NCBI GenBank assembly: GCA_965287045.1
Contig: OZ336896.1
Span: forward strand, 38,378,001 to 38,442,000
Reading direction: 5' to 3'
From: Carcharhinus amblyrhynchos
Taxonomy: Eukaryota
DNA length: 64,000 nucleotides
In this document: positions 36,863 through 49,925 of the stretch, one piece after another
Layout of the letters: each line of letters starts with the position of its first letter
Numbering within the stretch: the first letter of the stretch is position 1
The notes under the pieces: generated by a model
Seen by the model: the letters and a program-made list of their open reading frames with translations, nothing else
Database searches by the model: none
What the model was told of the DNA's origin: nothing
Position numbers and translations under genes: made by a program

Positions 36863-36951
36863 TACTACAACTTGATGTGGAGATGCCGGTGTTGGACTGG
36901 GGTAAACACAGTAAGAAGGTGTTGTGAGACTTCTTACTGTACTACAACTTG
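36863..36951. mobile_element. 65-bp insertion with 12-bp flanking direct repeat and internal hairpin, Penelope-like remnant
   Basis: TACTACAACTTG at 36863-36874 and 36940-36951. Inverted repeat ACAGTAAGAAG (36908-36918) / CTTCTTACTGT (36930-36940). The family assignment is from memory of an abundant shark repeat. Confidence 0.7.
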
Positions 36952-37618
36952 CGCAGTAGCAGAGAGGGGAATTATATACGAATTACGGGGAGGGGTGGGG
37001 GATTAGAAGCTCATTTTTGAAGTTCCCAAATGGAGACTGATCCTCCCCCTGGTGTATGAGACATGATTTCTGAATTGTCCAGAGCATAGTTGCTAATCCG
37101 ATTCAATTCACTTTCTATCTTATTAAAATACCCTGGCCGCTTCCAAATCAGATCACTTATTTAGAAAGTCGGATCAGGTCGGCGTCTTATCTAATTTTCA
37201 CTTCCCTGAAAAACGACAGGAATTAAACTTTTGAGTATGCATATGTGCAAGTTATTAACTTGTGAAGAATGTTGTTTTGCCATCAGTTGTTTCCTGTGTT
37301 TTTCAGTTAAGGTTTTAAAGGGTACTGAGAATGTGAAGGCGCATTTGACAGCAACTTGTCCCTTCTCCATTTAATTACTGATCACCTCTGTGTATCTTTA
37401 CTCAGCAGGCAGGTGAAGGAGAGTTTGACCTGAATGGAAAACAATGAGGAAGTGGCTGGATAATTTTCAGCTCATTTGGGTATATCCCCTTTAAGTTTAC
37501 TTTTGCCTGACAGGACCATTTCATTTCGGCCATCAGCTGGACTCGTTCAATATTTACTCAGGCTGAAAGGTTTGCCCAGGGCCAGCCACAAGAAGTCAGC
37601 TCTCCTTCACTAGTCTTT

Positions 37619-37635
37619 GGTTCACCGAGAGTTCA
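37619..37635 (+). promoter_or_regulatory. HoxB1 3' DR5 RARE
   Basis: GGTTCA-CCGAG-AGTTCA, a perfect DR5 4.7 kb 3' of HoxB1 and distal to the DR2, as in mammals. Confidence 0.88.
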
Positions 37636-39111
37636 CGCCGAAATTAATTCAGTAGTCTGGGTCACTGTTGATTAAGCGTTCGTAAGCTCCTCGGTTAGGG
37701 TCAACTTTGGACTAGATGGAAGCTTCTCTCTTCTCTCCCTGACGTCCCAGGTTTTAAGACAAAAATTCGCCTTTTTTCAAACCAGCGTTAGAATTATTTC
37801 GTACAATGTGGAAATGTTAAGATAAAGGGTGTATAGCAACTCATTTAGATTTGGGAAGGTCAAAGGTCGCATCTACACTGCATATATGAATAGTTAATGG
37901 CAGTTTATGGATGGCGTTGGCCACGCCTGTCGCAAACTGAGGTTATGGAGATAGGGATATTACCATCCTAATAAAAACGTGACCTTATAAAAATCTGATC
38001 ACTTACACAAACTGATGGTTTATTTGGTATGAAGTAGATTGATCATGGAGTTGCAAAGGCAGACACTTTAAAAAAAATGGGAGGGGTGGAAGCTAATTAT
38101 TGAAGTTTCCAAATGCTTTCTTTCCATATTTCCAAGTATTTCGTTGTTTTATGTGTGGCGCAATCAGTTTAATTATTTAAACATTACCAACTATTATATC
38201 AAAATCCATCAATATTTGATTTAACTCAGCACCACGATGCTAAAATATTCGTAGCAAAGTCTGCCTCAGATGAATCTTTATTGCATTAATGAATGTTCTC
38301 ATTTGGCTTATTTTTTTGTATCGGGGTCACAAAAGCTTAGTTCTCATCTATCAATGAAACAAGACGTAACGGTAATAACACTGCGGCGATGGACTGTTCC
38401 AGCAACGTATTATTACAGCTATAAATTCTTATTCATTACATTATGAAAAACAGGAGGAGAAAGGAAATTGCTACAGAAAATGCAGCAACTGAAACTTAAG
38501 CATTATTTATCACAAATGATGACTATTTTCTTTTAAGAAACACGAGCACCAGTAGAACTTCTTTCAAGGATACGTGAAAAGGCCCAGCATGTCGCAAATT
38601 CTGGCCAGAATCTAATTCATCCCGTTTTTGTTAAAAGTATAATAGTTAAAATTAGGCTGAGAGGATTTTTTCCCGGAAATATCTAACAACAACAGCGAAA
38701 TCAAATCTCTCCGCCTCTATCAACAGTCAGATCCAGGGGAAAAAAATCAAATTAAAACAATTTTAAAAGTTTCCGTTCATTAATTGAGGCAGCTTATAAC
38801 CTAACTTCAGCCTTATGTCTCAGTTGCGTGGCATTATCCCGTGTATATAGAAAACTCGCAGTCATACATTTATAGGATGTCGATTATTTTGTTTGAAAAA
38901 TATAAGAAGCATTTCTTTAATGCTCAGTGTTTGGGGTTAAGGTACCACATGGGAGTATTTCAAAAACTACCAAGAAGGTTAGAACCAATAATTTTAAACA
39001 CGTATATATTTTGTTGGGGAACTTTTTCTTAAAATATTAATATGACTTCCCTTAATCAATGTTCTTGTCAAACGGATAAATGTTCAGAAACATTCTCCTG
39101 AAAATAATTAA

Positions 39112-39152
39112 ATCTATCTATCTATCTATATACCTACCTACCTATCTATCTG
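39112..39152. repeat. (CTAT/CTAC)n microsatellite
   Basis: atctatctatctatctata tacctacctacctatctatc. Confidence 0.85.
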
Positions 39153-39289
39153 TGTGTAATATATTAGGTGAGAAAAGTTTTGTATATCTAAACCATTGAA
39201 TTGCTCAGATTATCACAACATAAAACTTGTTTTCGCTTAAGGGGTGAAAGACCTCGGGGCCATAAATATAAGATAGTCACCAGTAAGAC

Positions 39290-39545
39290 CAATAGGAAAT
39301 TCAGAAAAACATCTTCAAACACCTTTACCCAGAGAGAGGTGTGAATGGGGAACGGTTGAGGCAAATCGTATAAATGCATTTGAGGGAGAACATTTTGAGG
39401 GAAAACATATTTGAGATATGAACACGAGGGAGGAAAATATAAGGATACTTTGATTGGGTTAGGTGATGGAAGGTGAAAAGAGGGCTCTGTGAAGCATAAA
39501 TACTGGCATTGACCAGTTGGACCGAATAGCCGATCTCTATGCAAT
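39290..39545 (+). mobile_element. Degenerate CR1-type LINE 3' remnant
   Basis: Resembles the CR1 ORF2 end and 3' UTR (tttacccagagag..., gaccagttggaccgaatagcc). Highly decayed. Confidence 0.45.
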
Positions 39546-42500
39546 AAAGCCGAAATGGTCAATGCCGCTGTTTCTACTCCATAAGAGTTTCCTCACACCT
39601 TACATGTATATATACATAACTACCATACACAAATATGAATATGCATATATATATTGCAAATATTGTGCATTTAATTTTATATATTATATATACAGGCAAA
39701 CACATTGCATATGAATAGGTGAATGTACATATATAATATGGATTGGCACAGGTTTGCTAACACCCTTTGCGATGTAACGTGGAACATAGGGTTTGCTATT
39801 TTTGCACCGGAAGTTATTTTTTACATCGTAATCCCTCTGAATCATTATTAATTCGTTTTAATTCCAATCTTCGTGTACACTGCAGATAAGGAATCTAAAT
39901 ACTTCAAACTGTCTGCAAGCCTTGCATCCGTTGTCAGGAACTATGTGTTAGGGATGCAGCGTGCCCGAGGAGAACCATCCAGTTCATATCTCTCACCTCG
40001 GAGTCCGATTGCTCCCACCACTGTTATTTGCATAGAAACTCGCATAAACAAACAAGCGCCTCCGGAAGGAGGTCTTATTGCATTCCCGACCAAAGTACCC
40101 TGTCAACAAGAGCTGGTCAAGAAATTCTGCAGATACATCACTCAAACCATATTTTATTATTCCTTACAAAACATACGTCCAAGGAACTTCCTCGAAATGT
40201 TGCTGGGCAAATAAATGGACAAATACATAAATTACACTGATTGAAAATCCTCGATTATCTGAGATTTCCACAAGCTCATAAAAATTGATAAATAGATACA
40301 CATTTACATCCTATCTCTTAATGGGTGGCGATCCCTACATAACTTCTCTCTTTATTAGTACATAAAATGAAAGTGAAGGAGAGTTTAAATAATTAGATAA
40401 ATTTCGAGGGAAGCGTACACTTTGTCTAAAATACATTTCCAATAACTGACAGAGCACTGTGGAAATCAAGGTCTGTTGGTCATTTGAAATTGATCGCAGC
40501 GACGAAAATTCCTAACTCGTAAGCAGTATAATGTGGCGATCCCCGTTTCTACTTCTCAGATCGCCCTCCTGCTATGATGTGAGCTTGGGGAACAGAAACT
40601 GATAAACCCCGGTGCTGGTAGTCAAAATTGGGAACACCTGCACCGATTGTGGCATAACATTTCCCTACCGGAGCCGTGGATCGAAAGAATATCCAAACAT
40701 CCATAGTCCCCATTGTACTCAGAATCCGACATCCCATAAATATGTCCCACCGAACACATCCCATATAAAACCCGAATGCAATGCTCGCCTGCAATCATAT
40801 ATCCCACAAAGATAACTCGAATCCTATCACTCTGATATTTAGCAGATATATTGTAAGTCTTGAATTCCAAAGTTAATATTGTATTTCATATTCCAAAACT
40901 TAACGGCGAGAACGAGGAACTCAAACTTAATACTAAAATTACATGTGCAATATGATCAAATCCATAATTCGAGATGCGCTCTAATCTTATTTTTGAAGCA
41001 GCTGATATACTCATTTAAAAATACGTAACTCTTTATCGTCTGTAATCAACAGTCTTAAATTGGTCTAATTCAGCACTGGATATTATGTAGAGAATCCTAA
41101 TGTCTCACATCAGTACCTACGCCAAAAAGGGCTATTTAATAAAACAACTTCAGAATGATTTTTAGTGAATTTGCTTCTATCTCATTGCGTTCTTCCAGTT
41201 CCTAAGGCAGTCGATAAATGTTTACACTCAATCTGAAATGCTGCAACAAAGAGAACATCCTAAAATGTTCAACTTTTTTTGAAAAAAATGATCCAAATCT
41301 TTTCTCAAAGTATTACAGACTGACGCAAACGCATGACTTACAGCACAAAAGGAATTATAAATCAATGTATGTTATTTATATGAAGGCATTCACACAGAAA
41401 TGTGTGATTAGCGAAAGCCACTGGCCCCAAATACACTAAACGTGCAGGTGGTCTTGTCGAGAGTTTAAGTTTTGATACTTTATATACATATACACACAAA
41501 CCTCGTGCGGTTTCCCTCATCAAAAGGTCTTTTCAAGGCAAGAAATTAAACATCAAATTATTACACATTTTTGTATTTGAAAATCAGAAGGTACTCGCTC
41601 TCCAGTGAGTGGAAGATGAATAAATGCTGTTAGAAATAAATCATCAAGTGAACACAGGAATAATGGAATAGGTGGAAAATGGAAGGCTTCATTTCAAACA
41701 TTTTAGCTTATTCTCAAATTTCCTGATCAAACTAGAGGTAGAAATTAATAAAAATGTCAGTAGTACCTTTTTAGCATGTATATTTCCTAATTATTTTGGG
41801 AACATTTAAGTTTCGTTTCCTTAACAGTATATATTGTACTTATGGAATCTGCTTGGAATTGGACCTATTCTGATATGTACACTATGGGAGAGTGGATAGT
41901 GCTATTTCTATTCTCACCAGTGGGACTCATGTCTGGCAAACATGTATTAGGACAATTCGAAGCAGAGAGCGTTCCCTCAGTTTTTGGCACCAGGTACAGA
42001 TACTGCCAATGACAGCCTTGAAACTTGTATTCGTTTTCGATTCTAACTTCAGAACCTATTGCACTTTATAACAAACAGGGTATCTGCTTCCATAATTAAC
42101 ACGAATTAATAATCTCGCTTTAGTTTTGAGGTTGAATTAATGTCTATTTCCTAATATAGTCTTGCTGCACATATCCTAGTCTCCATCCTACTAAAATTAG
42201 TAACGGAAGGTTTAAACAATAGCCAATATATTGACAGGCCTTAAAAAGGTGAATAGTTTCCTCAGGAGACATTGGCACCATGTACTATGTTTCGTGTCAG
42301 AGGTTCTGGGCAATGATGGGAAGCGAGTTTAGCTTTAACCCTACATTTGAATGCTCATTTATATACTCACACTATCAATATTCTCCACTGTTTTCATTAA
42401 CAAAGCAATCTTTCACCCCGAATACAACGAGAAAACATGTATGTTTGGTAAATAATCATCCCATGTATAATCAGTCGCATTTCATACAAGCAAAGCTCTA

Positions 42501-44767
42501 GAAATCCAGGCAAAATTAAGTCTGCGCTGTTTTATCGTCTATCAGAGGTCCAGTGAAGTTATTTCATCCCTGCTACTATTGGTCCTGATGACGGCGTTCA
42601 ACGTTTAATTGTTTAAATTTTCCCAGATTTTCCAAAGTCATGTTAATCGTCGCAACCTTGGAATATTTAGCAGCAATACTGGAGCGCCAGTGAGATAGTA
42701 ATTTCTGGTTTGTTAATCTGAAAGTGACCTGACTCCGATTGTCCTCCGTATCAAGGCAGCCAGTAACAGTAACACTTTGATCTTTTTGCACAATTCGCCT
42801 TTCTTAAGTAAGTTTTCGGTAAACCATCGCCATTGAGTATTGGAACATTTACAAATTAGAGACAAATAGAAATCTCCAGATATACAAAAGCAGATATAAA
42901 TATGTAGGTAATATTTATGTACAACCCTCGGATAGATACAGCTGCAGACTACAAGATAATGGATATGTTTTATTTTATCCATTGATACATTCCTATACAA
43001 ATAATCATGTTATTTATGTATCTTTTATGCATTCTAACGTTTAAATGAATATAAATAGCTATCTCAACCACACTTACTATCTGCCTTGGTATACATGGCT
43101 GCCGAAACAGCAGTTTTCTCTGCATTACAACTTTTAATTATTACACTTGGAAAAGTTTGTCCTACATTTCTACCATCTTCACTGAGATTTGCTTAACTTT
43201 ACAATATCTAGGTATTGGGCGTCACTGACTAACCACAGCTAGATGATCTCAATTGTAAAATGACCGAGCCATGAAAGATTTATCATGAAAAATATCTAAT
43301 AGTGTGGAACAGAACGTCGTGCGAGAATTACGGAAATAAACTGGATCCTGTTAATGTTACATATTGAGTGTCATAGCATAATATTTCACTTAGCTACCCC
43401 CCCAAACCTTAGGGACCATCTCCAAGTTGTCAAACGCTTGGCAGAGGGTTGAACCCATTGATCTACATGTAACGAGTAGAGGTCGGATTTTCATGAGCCG
43501 TTGACAGTGACCTTACAGGTGCAGAACACGAGATTCAATGAACATCGACAGAGACAGCAAAAAAAGCAGAAAATTAATCACTGTTAATGCTGGGAAAAGC
43601 CGGTGTCATGAGCTGATATATAAATGTTTAGTGTGTGCGTATATTCAAGAATAAAGCTTGTGACAGTCTTGAAGCGCTCGATTCTGACTTCGACCTTGAT
43701 CGCCTTAGAATACACAGCGAAAAGTTCAACGCATGATTAAAAATATAAATGTTAAACCGCTAACAAAATGAATATTTTTGCATGGCAGAACCCTCGGTTA
43801 CAGGACCAACGAAGTTGCAGAATGTCTACATCGGGTTTCAAACGATTCACATATCAAAAATATGTAAGAACACAGTAAAATGACAATAAGACTTTAAAGA
43901 GGAACTCAAATCTCAGTATGTGCCCGGGTTCTGTGTTTATGACGGACCTGCCTCTGGCTCCAAAACTATTCTTGGGGTATTGTTTCTTTTATCGAAGTGA
44001 AAATACAATACAATCCTTTTATGGACGTGTTGGGTTGAAAGGTTATCACTGTGTAAATATCTGAGTTCAGTAAAATCTATCTGAAGGAAAACAGATGGTG
44101 ATTCACAGCGTATTTGGAGGCTGTGCACTCTGGGCGTGTGCGCACATTATTAAAACCACATCAGGCACTTGCAAGAGGAGAGACTGAAAGCCAACAAGAG
44201 ATTAAGTCAATTCACTTTATTGAGCTTTATCAGCAAAATAGAAATCTAGAATCAACTTCAGCAAATAAACCTTTTTCTTCGACAATCGATGATTCTTGAT
44301 AACGAGCCAGAAATTATATTTGCACGAATTTAATCTATTTCTTGATTACCAATCAGGGTTCTGAGAAATTAATGTCGCGACCTTCCTTAAGTAATGGGAC
44401 TAATATTTATTACAATATCACGTAATCCGTTATAACATATAGGGGGGTTAGAATTTCCCAGTAATATACAGCAGATGACTTCCTGGTAATACTGCACTAA
44501 TGATGTCAGCAAAGAGGTTAATTACGGAATAAAGAATGCGAGGCCCATGTAATGGGATTGAATACATCCCTGATTACTTTGGGTTGAGTCAATAACATGT
44601 TCTGGTTAAATCACTACCTTGGCTAAAAATCCGCAAAATTTAGGGAGATTGTGTATTTGAGGCAGTAATCTAACTGAGCAAGGGGTCCAAACGTTTATGT
44701 TGGTTGGCAATATTGATACAATCCCTGACCCTTCAAAGGCTGCTTATTACATTTAATCTCAGAAAAT

Positions 44768-45115
44768 GGACATGGTTGGCATTGCCATCATTTATTGCCC
44801 ATCTGCCCTAGGGAGGTTGTAGATTACCTTCTTGAGAGGCTGCACTTCTGGTTTGATACATTATCCAAGGCTTACTAGGCCATTTCAGAAGGCAGTTAGA
44901 ATCAGCGACATTGGTGTATGACTGGAGTCACATGTCGCCCAGACTAGGGAATAACAGAATGTCTCATTCCCTGACGGACACCAGTGGACCAATCAGATTT
45001 ATATGACAATTCAGCAGCTTCAGAGTCATTGTTCCTGATATCAGGTTGTTATTTTCTGATGTTTTTAAAAGACTGAATTCAACTTCTGAATACAGCCACC
45101 ATGATGGGCTGTGAA
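44768..45115 (-). mobile_element. Degenerate tRNA-derived SINE, same family as 49349-49710
   Basis: Carries catttattgcccat and ctggagtcacatgt, the reverse complements of blocks in the 49349 copy, also present in the 55980 copy. Confidence 0.6.
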
Positions 45116-45874
45116 TTGTACTGTCAATTAGATAAATCTCAAGTTGCTAATACAGATAAACGTTTCGAGATATACATAGAATTATATACTTCACAACATA
45201 GAACCAGGGCATTTCGCCCAGCTGGTCTATGCTAGTGTTTATTCTCCACACATGTCTCCTTTCACCCTCTTTTATCTCACCCTAATGGCATACCCTTTCT
45301 TCCTCATGGGATCAACTAACTTCTTCTACAATGCATCTATGACTTATGGTGATTATGAATTAATACTAGTGGCTCCTAATTTTGGACTCCTCCACAAGTG
45401 GAAACATCTTCTCTATGTCTACCCTCTCAAACTCCATTGCTGCTCAATGAGACTGGATTTATACAAAGTTCTTTCTAAATTTTCAGGTTCACAAAATTAA
45501 AACAAGACAAGCCATTCAATAAGGAATAAATGCAAATAGGATGCAGGCCTTTGTGATCTTTGGAGGATCAAGATTGTCAAGTCTTTGAGACCACATGTGG
45601 CTTGGGTTATAGGCTGGACACCCATGTCATAGATCTTTCATTTCTACCTTTGGCTCCTCCATCAGGCACTTATATAAATGGGGTGAAATTTCACTCTACA
45701 ATCAGAAGAGACAGAAACTTCCTTCTCTAAATTGCTAACAGAGGCTTTAACTCATTTATTTTAGATAGCCCTTTGTCATAATAGCAGGCAGAGAAATTAA
45801 TACATAAATCTGACCCTAAAATTTTATTATGCAGCATAATGTCTTGCCAATGATATCCAAATCAATACTTAAAA

Positions 45875-46281
45875 AATACATTTATATAAAGCATTTCACA
45901 ACCTCAAAAGTATTTTATTGCCAATTTTAAAGTGCAAGAAATGCAGCAGGTAATTTGTACACAGCAAGCTCCCATGAACCAGCAGTAAATTCAGTGATTA
46001 GATTATCTGTTTAGGTATTGGCTGGCAGGGTGTGGTGGTGGGGGGTGGGGGGGTGGTTAGTATAGGCATTAACTTGAAAGCAAAGAGAACTAGCTGTTCT
46101 TCAAACAGTGCCAGTGGATCTTTTACATCTACTGAGAGGGCAGGTGGAGCCTTATTTAACATTTCACCCAAATGCCAGCACTTTTGACAGTACAGCTCTT
46201 CAGTATCAGCCCAGATCATACTCTGGAGTAGGATCTGAACCCACAACCTTCTGACTCAGAGGTGAGAACATTACCTGCTGA
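45875..46281 (-). mobile_element. DeuSINE (SacSINE1/AmnSINE1-like) copy
   Basis: tRNA-like head on the - strand (tgaacccacaaccttctgactcagagg), Deu-type core (ggatcttttacatctactgagagggcagg; acacagcaagctccca) and L2-type tail (catttatata). Confidence 0.65.
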
Positions 46282-46334
46282 AACACAAAGAAGAGTAAAG
46301 AAATTCTGCCAGGTGTCCTGTTAAGCCTCAAGCA

Positions 46335-46510
46335 ATGTCAATGAAATAGATGATCTGGTCATCAACACTTGTCATTTGCGGGATCTTGCTGTGTGCAATA
46401 TTAGCTAGTGTTTTTCCCACATTACAACAGCAGCTACAATTTAACACTTCACGAGCTACAAATTGTTTTGGGACATCCTGAGGTTGTGAAATGTGCTGTG
46501 TAAATGGAAT
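46335..46510 (+). mobile_element. 3' fragment of the same DeuSINE family, opposite orientation
   Basis: gggatcttgctgtgtgcaa...ttttgggacatcctgaggttgtgaaatgtgctgtgtaaatg is the reverse complement of the tail region of the neighbouring copy. Confidence 0.55.
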
Positions 46511-47415
46511 TTATATCCTGCCCTTTCTTTTTACAGGACCGGTACTATAAATTCCATTTGCACTGATTGCAGCTTTCTGCATCTGTTTAAACTTATGTGC
46601 AGGGCGTTCTGCTTTGTGTGACTGCAGGGCAATGCAATGATGTCTGTATTAAGCAGGGGTGCCACTGGCCAATGTTGCAAAAGCAAATACAGACTTCAAA
46701 CTGCTACCTGCTCAACAAAGACAACACTGAATCATATAAATCATTAAACCAGTAATAACTCTGAGTGACAGCTCTAAGCATAACACTTACAGAGATTTAA
46801 AGAAGCCATAATTAAACCAACTAAATGTGACACTCATTATGAATATACATGCAGTCACACGATTCTTATCACTAACGCAGTGATCTAATACTTTGGCAAT
46901 ATAAGTGCGCTGCAGTACGAAGGCTTTCTGTATCAGGTAGGAAATTCCTAACATTACATAGGCAGAATATTAAAGAAATTACCAAATGTCAACCACAACA
47001 GTAACTCCTGTTACTCCTATAATTCTTTATATATAAATCACTTGAACTCCTCTGTTAGATTCTAATTTAGGAACATAGAAACTAGAAGTGGAGGTAGGCC
47101 ATTCAGCCACTTGAACCTGCTCTGCCATTGAACTACATTGTGGCTGATCTTCTACCTCAACACCATTTTTCCTCAGTGTCCCCACATCCTTTGCATATTT
47201 AATATCAAGGAATCTGTTTGTCTCTCTCTTGAAGATTCTCAATGACTGAGAATTTCAGAGGTCTCCTCCCTTTGAATGAAGAAATTCAACTCCCCCACCA
47301 CCCCACCCCTCTGTCCCACCATTCCTCTCAGTCCACATTTGGCCCAGCTCTTATTCTGAGACTGTTCTCCTTGGTTCTACACCTCACAACCGGGGAACAT
47401 CCTTCCTGCATCCAA

Positions 47416-47755
47416 GGGCAGCATCGTGGCACAGTGATTAACACTGCTACCGCGCAGTGCCAGAAAGCTGAATTTGATTCCTAACTTGGGTCATTCTGTG
47501 TGTGGAGACTGCATGTTTGCCCCACGTCTGCATGGGTTTCCTCCAGGTGCTCTGGTTTCCTCCCACAGTCCAAAAGATATGCTGGTTAGGCTGATTGGCT
47601 ATGCTAAATTGTCCCTTAGTGTCAGGGTGTTAGTAAGGTAAATTAATAGGGTTATGGGGATAGGGTCTGGGTGGGATTGTTGTCAATGTAGACTCAGTGG
47701 GCCAAATGGCCTCCTTCTGCACTGTAGGTATTCTATGATTCTGTGATTCTATGAT
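47416..47755 (+). mobile_element. HE1-like V-SINE (tRNA-derived)
   Basis: tRNA-like head (gggcagcatcgtggcacagtg), V-domain (gggtttcctccaggtgctctggtttcctcccacagtccaaa), CR1-type tail gggccaaatggcctccttctgcactgt and an (ATTCTATG)n end. Confidence 0.8.
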
Positions 47756-48530
47756 CTTTTTCCGAAGAATTTTGAATGTTTCAATGAGATTATCTCTCAT
47801 TCTTTAGAACGCTAGAGAATATAGACCCAGTGCCCTCAATCTCTCCACAACACAATCAGGTTATCATTGTTGCATTCGTTGTCGGAAAAATATATCTTTC
47901 CTTAGGTAAAGAGATGAAAACTGTACAGAATACTCTGGTTTCCAAGACTCTATATAATTGCAGCAAGGCTCCTTTACCCCGATACTCAAATCCATTTGCA
48001 AAAAAGTCAACAAACCATTTGTCTACCTAATTACCTGCTGCGCCTGTATGTTAATTTTCAGGGACTTAAGAACAAGGACATCCAGGTCTCTATGGACATC
48101 AATATTTCCGAATCTCTCTCCATATAAGAAATACTCTGTACTTCTTATTTCCTGCCAAAGTGGATAACTTCACATTTTTCCACATTACATTCCATCTGCT
48201 ATGTTTTTGGCCACTCAAATGGTATGTCTAAGCCTCCTTGAAGCATCCTTGCATCTTTTCACAACTCACATTCTCACCTAGTTTTAGCAAACATTGAAAT
48301 ATTACATTTGGTCCCGACACCCTAATCATCGATAAACGTTGCGAATAACTGGGGCCCAAGCATTGATCCTTGTGCTAGCCAACCAGTCACAGACTGCCAA
48401 TCTGATAATGACTCTTTTTTCCTATCGTCTTTTTTTGTCCAGTAACCAGTTCTTCTATCATGCCAGTATATTATCCCCAATCCCATGTGTTCCTTAAGCC
48501 TGTTCTAAAGCTTCTGAAAATCCAAATACA

Positions 48531-48920
48531 TAAGAACATAAGAACAGAAGAAATAGGAGCAGCAGTAGGCCATCTCGCCCTTCAAGCCTGCCCCGCCATT
48601 CAATAAGATCATGGCTGATCTGAAGTGGATCAGTTCCACTTTCCCGCTTTCTCCCCATAACCCTTAATTCCCTTGTCTATCAAAAACCTATCTACCCGTG
48701 ACTTAAATATATTTAGCGAGGTAGCCTCCACCACTTCAACGGGCAGAGAATTCCAGAGATTCACCACCCTTTGATTGAAGAAGTTCCTCCTCAACTCTGA
48801 TCTAAACTGCTTCCCCCCTTTATTTTGAGGCTGTGCCCTCTAGTCCTGCTATCCTTTCTAAGCGGAAAGAATCTCTCTACCTTACCCTATCCATCCGTTT
48901 CATTATCTTATACGTCTCTT
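48531..48920 (-). mobile_element. Young CR1 LINE, short 3' fragment
   Basis: (CATAAGAA)n tail and 3' UTR closely similar to 60215-60600. Flanked by the direct repeat TACA (48527-48530, 48921-48924). Confidence 0.85.
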
Positions 48921-49348
48921 TACACCACATTCACTTGTTCCTGATTATCTATTCTGCTAGTTACATCCTCAAAATTACTAACAGGTTTGTCAAACATGAT
49001 TGCCCTTTTATAAATCCAAGTTGACACTGCCCAGTGCCACCATTATTTTCTATGTGTCCAGTTATCACATCTTTTATAATAGATTCTCATACTTTCCCTG
49101 CTACTGGTGCCAGTCTAACAGGTCTATAGATCTCCAGTTACTCTCTCCATCCTTTCATAAGTAACAAGATTACATTTGCTATTTTCCAATCTGCAGGAAC
49201 TGTTCCAGAATTTATAGAATTTTGGAAGATGACCACTAATGCATCCACTACCTCTACAGCCATTTAATGATTTTTGCCATTGAATCCCAAGCATTAGAAG
49301 GTTATATTGACAATGCAAGATGAGAAAGAACAGGCAGAAGGTGATTTA

Positions 49349-49710
49349 GGGGTGGCGATGGCCTAGTGGTATTATTGCTAGACTATTAACCCAGAGATTT
49401 AGCTAATGTTCTGGGGACCCAGGTTCGAATCCCACAACGGCACTTGGTAGAATTTGAATTCAATAAAAAATACCTGAAATTAAGAATCTACTGATAACTT
49501 TGAAATCATTGTTGATTGTCGTAACAACTCATCTGGTTCACTAATACCCTTTAAGGAAGGAAATCTACCGTCCTTATCTGGTCTGGCCTACATGTGACTC
49601 CAGATCCAGAGCAATGTGGTTGACTCTTAACTGTCTTCTGAACAAGAGCAACTAAGGATGGGCAATAAACGCTGGCCAGCCAATGATGCCCATGTCCCAC
49701 AAATGAATAG
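49349..49710 (+). mobile_element. tRNA-derived SINE
   Basis: A box TGGCCTAGTGG, B box GGTTCGAATCC, body tctggcctacatgtgactccaga and tail ggatgggcaataaacgctggcc. Further copies occur in the window. Confidence 0.8.
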
Positions 49711-49925
49711 CAGTGTGGAGCAGAAGCACTGGCACAACTAGTTGAATCAAATAGTTAAAGAGTTGCAATTTCTATGTCATTCTGTGCAATTTTGTGTTCC
49801 ACATACACAAACATTCTTTGGAACTTGTTTTCAAGTTTTCATTGGTTACCACACAATAAGGATGATAATCCAGAAATTAAACTATTTTTATCAATACATT
49901 TGAAGGTATGAAATGATAAATTATC

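Larger units (their letters stand above)
47070..49290 (-). mobile_element. Old decayed CR1 LINE, interrupted by an HE1-like SINE and a young CR1 fragment
   Basis: CR1 3' end at ~47070 (gaacatagaaactagaagtggaggtaggccattcagcc). The reverse strand shows RT remnants such as VVDALVVIFQNS (~49215-49250) and VYLDFQK (~48510-48530, resuming at 48925). Confidence 0.75.

Noticed and set aside
40690-40815. Loosely repeated ATCCCA words suggesting an array
   Set aside because: Irregular spacing and no constant unit; not a CRISPR or a real minisatellite.
49349-49445. tRNA gene
   Set aside because: A and B boxes are present, but the sequence continues into a SINE body repeated elsewhere in the window, with no clean cloverleaf.
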